DNA of 64,000 nt from Octopus vulgaris. Lineage: Eukaryota. Position 1 is the stretch's first letter, and each line of letters opens with the position of its first letter. The position numbers and the translations under genes were made by a program. The notes under the pieces were generated by a model. That model did not search any database. It saw only the letters and a program-made list of their open reading frames with translations, and was not told where the DNA came from. The stretch is taken from NCBI GenBank assembly GCA_951406725.2, contig OX597827.1, positions 55,304,001 through 55,368,000 of the forward strand, in the 5' to 3' direction. Shown piece after piece: positions 61,801 to 64,000 of this stretch.

Positions 61801-63871
61801 TGTGTGTGTGTGTTTGATGGGGTGTGGGAGACAGACAGTATGTTGTGTAAGTGAAGTGCTTCTGTTAGTGTGTGTGAAGAGACAGAGAGAGTAATGTGTG
61901 AAAGAAAGAGATAACTGAAATTTTTTACTAGGTGCATGTATGTGTATGTGTGTATGTATCTATGTATGTGTGTGTGTATGTATGTATGTACGGCCGATTC
62001 AGTGTAATTTTTTACTCGGTGTATGTGTATATGTATGTGTGTGTGTGTGTGTAAGTATGTGTGTGTGTAAGTATGTGTGTGTGTAAGTATGTGTGTGTGT
62101 AAGTATGTGTGTGTGTGTGTATGTATGTATGGCCGATTCAGTGTAATTTTTTACTCGGTGTATGTGTATATGTATGTCTGCATGTATGTGTGTGTATGTA
62201 TCTATGTATGTGTGTGTGTGTAAGTATGTGTGTATGTATGGCCGATTCAGTGTAAATTTTTACTCGGTGTATGTGTATATGTGCTTCGGTAACTTCAAAA
62301 GAAATTCCCTCGTCATAAAATCGCTTCCTCTTAGTCTCTTTCGCTCTCATTACTTCAAATGTTCCCGCAAGCCCATATGTAAAAAAATAAAAGTTTTTTA
62401 CGGAAATCATCGACGGAAACGTGCTACTACAAACGAAAGATCGCCTTGCAATTTTTTTTTTTTTTTGCTCGGGTCAAACACTGGAGTTTGACCAAAAAGG
62501 ATATCTGCAATTTTCCCGAAATGTCATTTGGCGCTTCGTTTTTACGACCCCATGAAAGTGAAAATAATTTTCTTGCCAAAAATATTCTTACAGAAATTGA
62601 AAGTGCTTTTCTACAGAGACTATAAGGAACAAATGATAATTTGGGTACAGTAGCGTCTAAGCTAAATATTATAACGCTTTTAGTGTAAAGCTGTCATTAT
62701 TGAAGGTAGACCTATAAAATATATTGATTATATTCCTAATTAACATAGGTGAAGCATGGCTATTGATTACCCAAGAGTATTTCAATGTTGATCACAACAA
62801 ACAATTTTGTATAAAATTATACCCTCCATTGCATTCAACTTTTGGCCAAAGGAAATAGTTTCAATTTTTGCCCAGTTTTGCCCCCCCCCCCCCCCCGAAA
62901 ATCACTAACCCGAAAAACACTAATCTCAAACAAGATAAATACTATTACTTTCGTAAGGCCTTTGAAACGAACAAGCGCTCCTTTTAATTACATGAATAAT
63001 TTTAAAGTTTTATTGCCCTCTAAGTGAAAAAAATATTTTGGAATGCTTCTAAGGTAGAAATTATATATATATATATGTATATATATAAATATATATAATA
63101 CTTCTAATTCATTGAAAAATATTAACGAAGCTTTATTATTTTTCTAAATAAAAAATTTTAAAACAAGCTACTTTAACTAAGTTTCAGTAAAAAAATCGCC
63201 AAGTTTTTTTTTTTGTTTTTTTTTTGAAATGATAAATATTTGAGACAACATGAATTCGGTTTATGTCAATGAGTGCTTTTAAGATAAGCATAAAGCAATG
63301 GATAATGCTTACACAAGTGTGCCACTTTTTTCACTTTGTTTCCTCATAACTCCCGGGAAAATGGATATTCTTTTAATATCCATATTATATAAATACTTCT
63401 CAAAAATATATCAAAAACATACATTTTCTGAACGTTATGAGGAAGCAAAATCCGGCTGATGGCGCACTCTTGTAAACGTATGCCAACTAAGGCTATGGAA
63501 CAAAGAATTAGAGCAAAAAAAAAAAAAAGTCAGAGACAAATTATCGTTTCGTTGTAGAATATATTCATAGAATTGATAATTTTCTAAAGCTGCACTCTTA
63601 ACATTATAAATCTGTTCAGCTATTAATATTTTACGTTCGTATTGCAAATGACTTCAGGAGCAAGTTGCATAAATTTAATCAGTCCTTCTTTTAATCTATC
63701 AAAATAATTTTATTTTAATAAACAGATTGAAATATTTTATATATTTCTTTTGTAAAAATTGAAACTGACAAAAAGGAAGAAAGTCAGCTATTTATTGGTA
63801 CTGCTTTAATAAATATATAATGAAACGTACCTGTGAATTCCATCGGTGAAGAAAGGTTTCTTTGACATCAT
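39927..63871 (-). CDS. HAUS8: HAUS augmin-like complex subunit 8 (Hice1)-like, 12 coding exons, about 456 aa
   Basis: Twelve GT-AG exons join without frame breaks (1371 nt including stop). A basic, Ser-rich disordered N-half precedes a coiled-coil C-half (LYNNYLQTLYLDKMMQKAMQKREKDAARQI...LAQVLGKASHQIATEGIF...ETEQLLEKI...ELSAAVESLTIQQASL). This is colinear with the HAUS8 C-terminus as recalled (FATALDTTRHELPVRSI...TTQRLLGEL...ELSAEASKEAAL). The gene structure is firm; orthology rests on pattern, not a search. Confidence 0.78.
40943..41200. repeat. About 258-bp imperfect palindrome
   Basis: Arms of about 110 bp with a spacer of about 30 nt. Confidence 0.9.
42134..42284 (-). CDS. HAUS8: HAUS8-like exon 11
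   Basis: Acceptor ttttag; DVTNNFVETEQLLEKINDV...TEKSEIE; donor gtaagt; phase 1/2. Confidence 0.88.
43443..43581 (-). CDS. HAUS8: HAUS8-like exon 10
   Basis: Acceptor aaacag; RSAISKVNDSLSDMKSKHHHLAQVLGKASHQIATEGIFHPNDESYI; donor gtaatt; phase 0/1. Confidence 0.88.
44491..44610 (-). CDS. HAUS8: HAUS8-like exon 9
   Basis: Acceptor taacag; RQIQDFHNLIQSECEGGLNLDKKVKEIRHHNLVMKCGKLQ; donor gtaagt. Confidence 0.88.
45710..46055 (-). mobile_element. CR1-like LINE 3' end
   Basis: RRLWGHSKKLYLRRFLLNRRRRAFSVRVADPWNKLP, with a (TAACT)n tail. Confidence 0.82.
47059..47175 (-). CDS. HAUS8: HAUS8-like exon 8
   Basis: Acceptor atctag; QKARFKQKDLDILYNNYLQTLYLDKMMQKAMQKREKDAA; donor gtaagt. Confidence 0.88.
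48718..48806 (-). CDS. HAUS8: HAUS8-like exon 7
   Basis: Acceptor ttaccag; SDVLKSCRRSISKPVNYSDTSFSLLDESQ; donor gtaaat; phase 1/0. An alternative in-frame donor lies at 48706. Confidence 0.75.
49817..49870. repeat. (GAT)n tail of an RTE-derived element
   Basis: Follows ...CAGCATGGAAAACAGATGTTAAAT. Confidence 0.9.
50270..50615 (+). mobile_element. Degenerate CR1-like LINE 3' end
   Basis: (LP)KNLKVLQGVDVGVFKTKPDLLLSRVLDEP, typical of a LINE ORF2 terminus. Confidence 0.6.
50890..50930 (-). CDS. HAUS8: HAUS8-like exon 6 (41 nt)
   Basis: Poly-T tract plus tag acceptor; QTCEKFTSKYEKR; donor GAG|gtatgt; phase 2/1. Confidence 0.8.
51555..51941 (-). mobile_element. Non-autonomous Helitron-like element, copy 2
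   Basis: Minus strand starts TC and ends CCCGAGCAACACTGGG...CTAG followed by T; no TIRs. Confidence 0.75.
53213..53431. mobile_element. TTAA-flanked MITE (piggyBac-like)
   Basis: TTAA|CCTTTTAGCATT...AACGCTAATGGG|TTAA. Confidence 0.7.
54111..54319 (-). CDS. HAUS8: HAUS8-like exon 5
   Basis: Acceptor tttcag; CKNCDSSKENRRP...RERLTTK; donor gtgagt; phase 0/2. Confidence 0.82.
55527..55605 (-). CDS. HAUS8: HAUS8-like exon 4
   Basis: Acceptor ttctag; YESSKDSIAMSSRRRDSDLSDCDKQQ; donor gtacag; phase 2/0. Confidence 0.8.
56155..57330 (-). mobile_element. RTE LINE 3' end with full 3' UTR
   Basis: LEVVDSFYYLGDQISSGGGC...RIRIAWAKFRELLP runs into a 3' UTR with repeated TGCCACTGGCAC motifs and a (GAT)n-type tail. 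Confidence 0.88.
58130..58322. mobile_element. TTAA-type MITE (piggyBac-like); partial relative at about 38850-39047
   Basis: TTAG|CCCTTTTGATA...TATAAAAGGG|TTAA. Confidence 0.6.
58702..58888 (-). CDS. HAUS8: HAUS8-like exon 3
   Basis: Acceptor ttcaag; TLDKDQSFGSTLYDRRETIG...GALFSQN; donor gtaggg; phase 1/2. Confidence 0.82.
60540..60619 (-). CDS. HAUS8: HAUS8-like exon 2
   Basis: Acceptor ctgcag; MHLVQALVDSKEYKDRRHSHGVIPHK; donor gtatgt; phase 2/1. Confidence 0.8.
61040..61315 (-). mobile_element. RTE-like LINE 3' fragment
   Basis: KWGWICHTLMKP...ALTWNPQ...RGCLKNSW. Confidence 0.75.
61419..62550. mobile_element. Fold-back non-autonomous element with 164-bp internal inverted repeats
   Basis: 61627-61790 is the reverse complement of 62282-62445 with 2 mismatches. 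Short outer inverted repeat GGGTCGTA / TACGACCC. The centre is TG-rich with three copies of GGCCGATTCAGTGTAA..TTTACTCGGTGT. Confidence 0.75.
63831..63871 (-). CDS. HAUS8: HAUS8-like exon 1
   Basis: ATG at 63871, MMSKKPFFTDGIH, donor AG|gtacgt (phase 2). Confidence 0.75.
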
Positions 63872-63933
63872 GTAAAAATTCCCGCACAAAGAAAGAACAT
63901 CAAAGAACAATTTAACGGAAATTACCGAATTGT

Positions 63934-63960
63934 TTCAAAGTGCAACGTTACCACGGAAAT
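63934..63960. promoter_or_regulatory. Candidate HAUS8-proximal promoter motifs (X-box-like and CHR-like)
   Basis: GTTACCACGGAAAT at 63947-63960 is an imperfect RFX X-box. Minus-strand TTTGAA at 63934-63939 is CHR-like but common by chance in AT-rich DNA. Confidence 0.35.
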
Positions 63961-64000
63961 GTTAGCAGAACTATTGGAGTTAAACTGTATTTTTGTTTTA

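Noticed and set aside
61990-62280. CRISPR-like array (three about 30-bp repeats with spacers)
   Set aside because: Spacers are TG microsatellite, the context is eukaryotic and there are no cas genes.

Overview
This is an AT-rich, repeat-dense animal genomic window, not prokaryotic. The SINE/RTE-LINE repertoire looks like coleoid cephalopod, probably Octopus (inference from recalled repeat sequences). I rebuilt three spliced genes by hand from GT-AG boundaries and reading-frame continuity. (1) The 5' part of an enolase-4 (ENO4)-like gene on the minus strand, running off the left edge. (2) A complete ANKRD53-like gene on the plus strand (4 coding exons, about 415 aa), head-to-head with ENO4 across a CpG-enriched promoter that carries an RFX X-box. 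(3) A complete HAUS8/Hice1-like augmin subunit gene on the minus strand (12 coding exons, about 456 aa), tail-to-tail with ANKRD53. The introns hold tRNA-derived SINEs, RTE and CR1-like LINE fragments, mariner and Gypsy relics, several MITEs, Helitron-like elements and microsatellites. Most entries in the ORF track are spurious. The most unusual signals are degenerate hammerhead-ribozyme-like cores (Penelope/retrozyme-like), several long fold-back palindromes in introns, and a single in-frame TGA splitting the putative ENO4 N-terminus. I cannot establish a new biological system from sequence alone; these are candidates to test.
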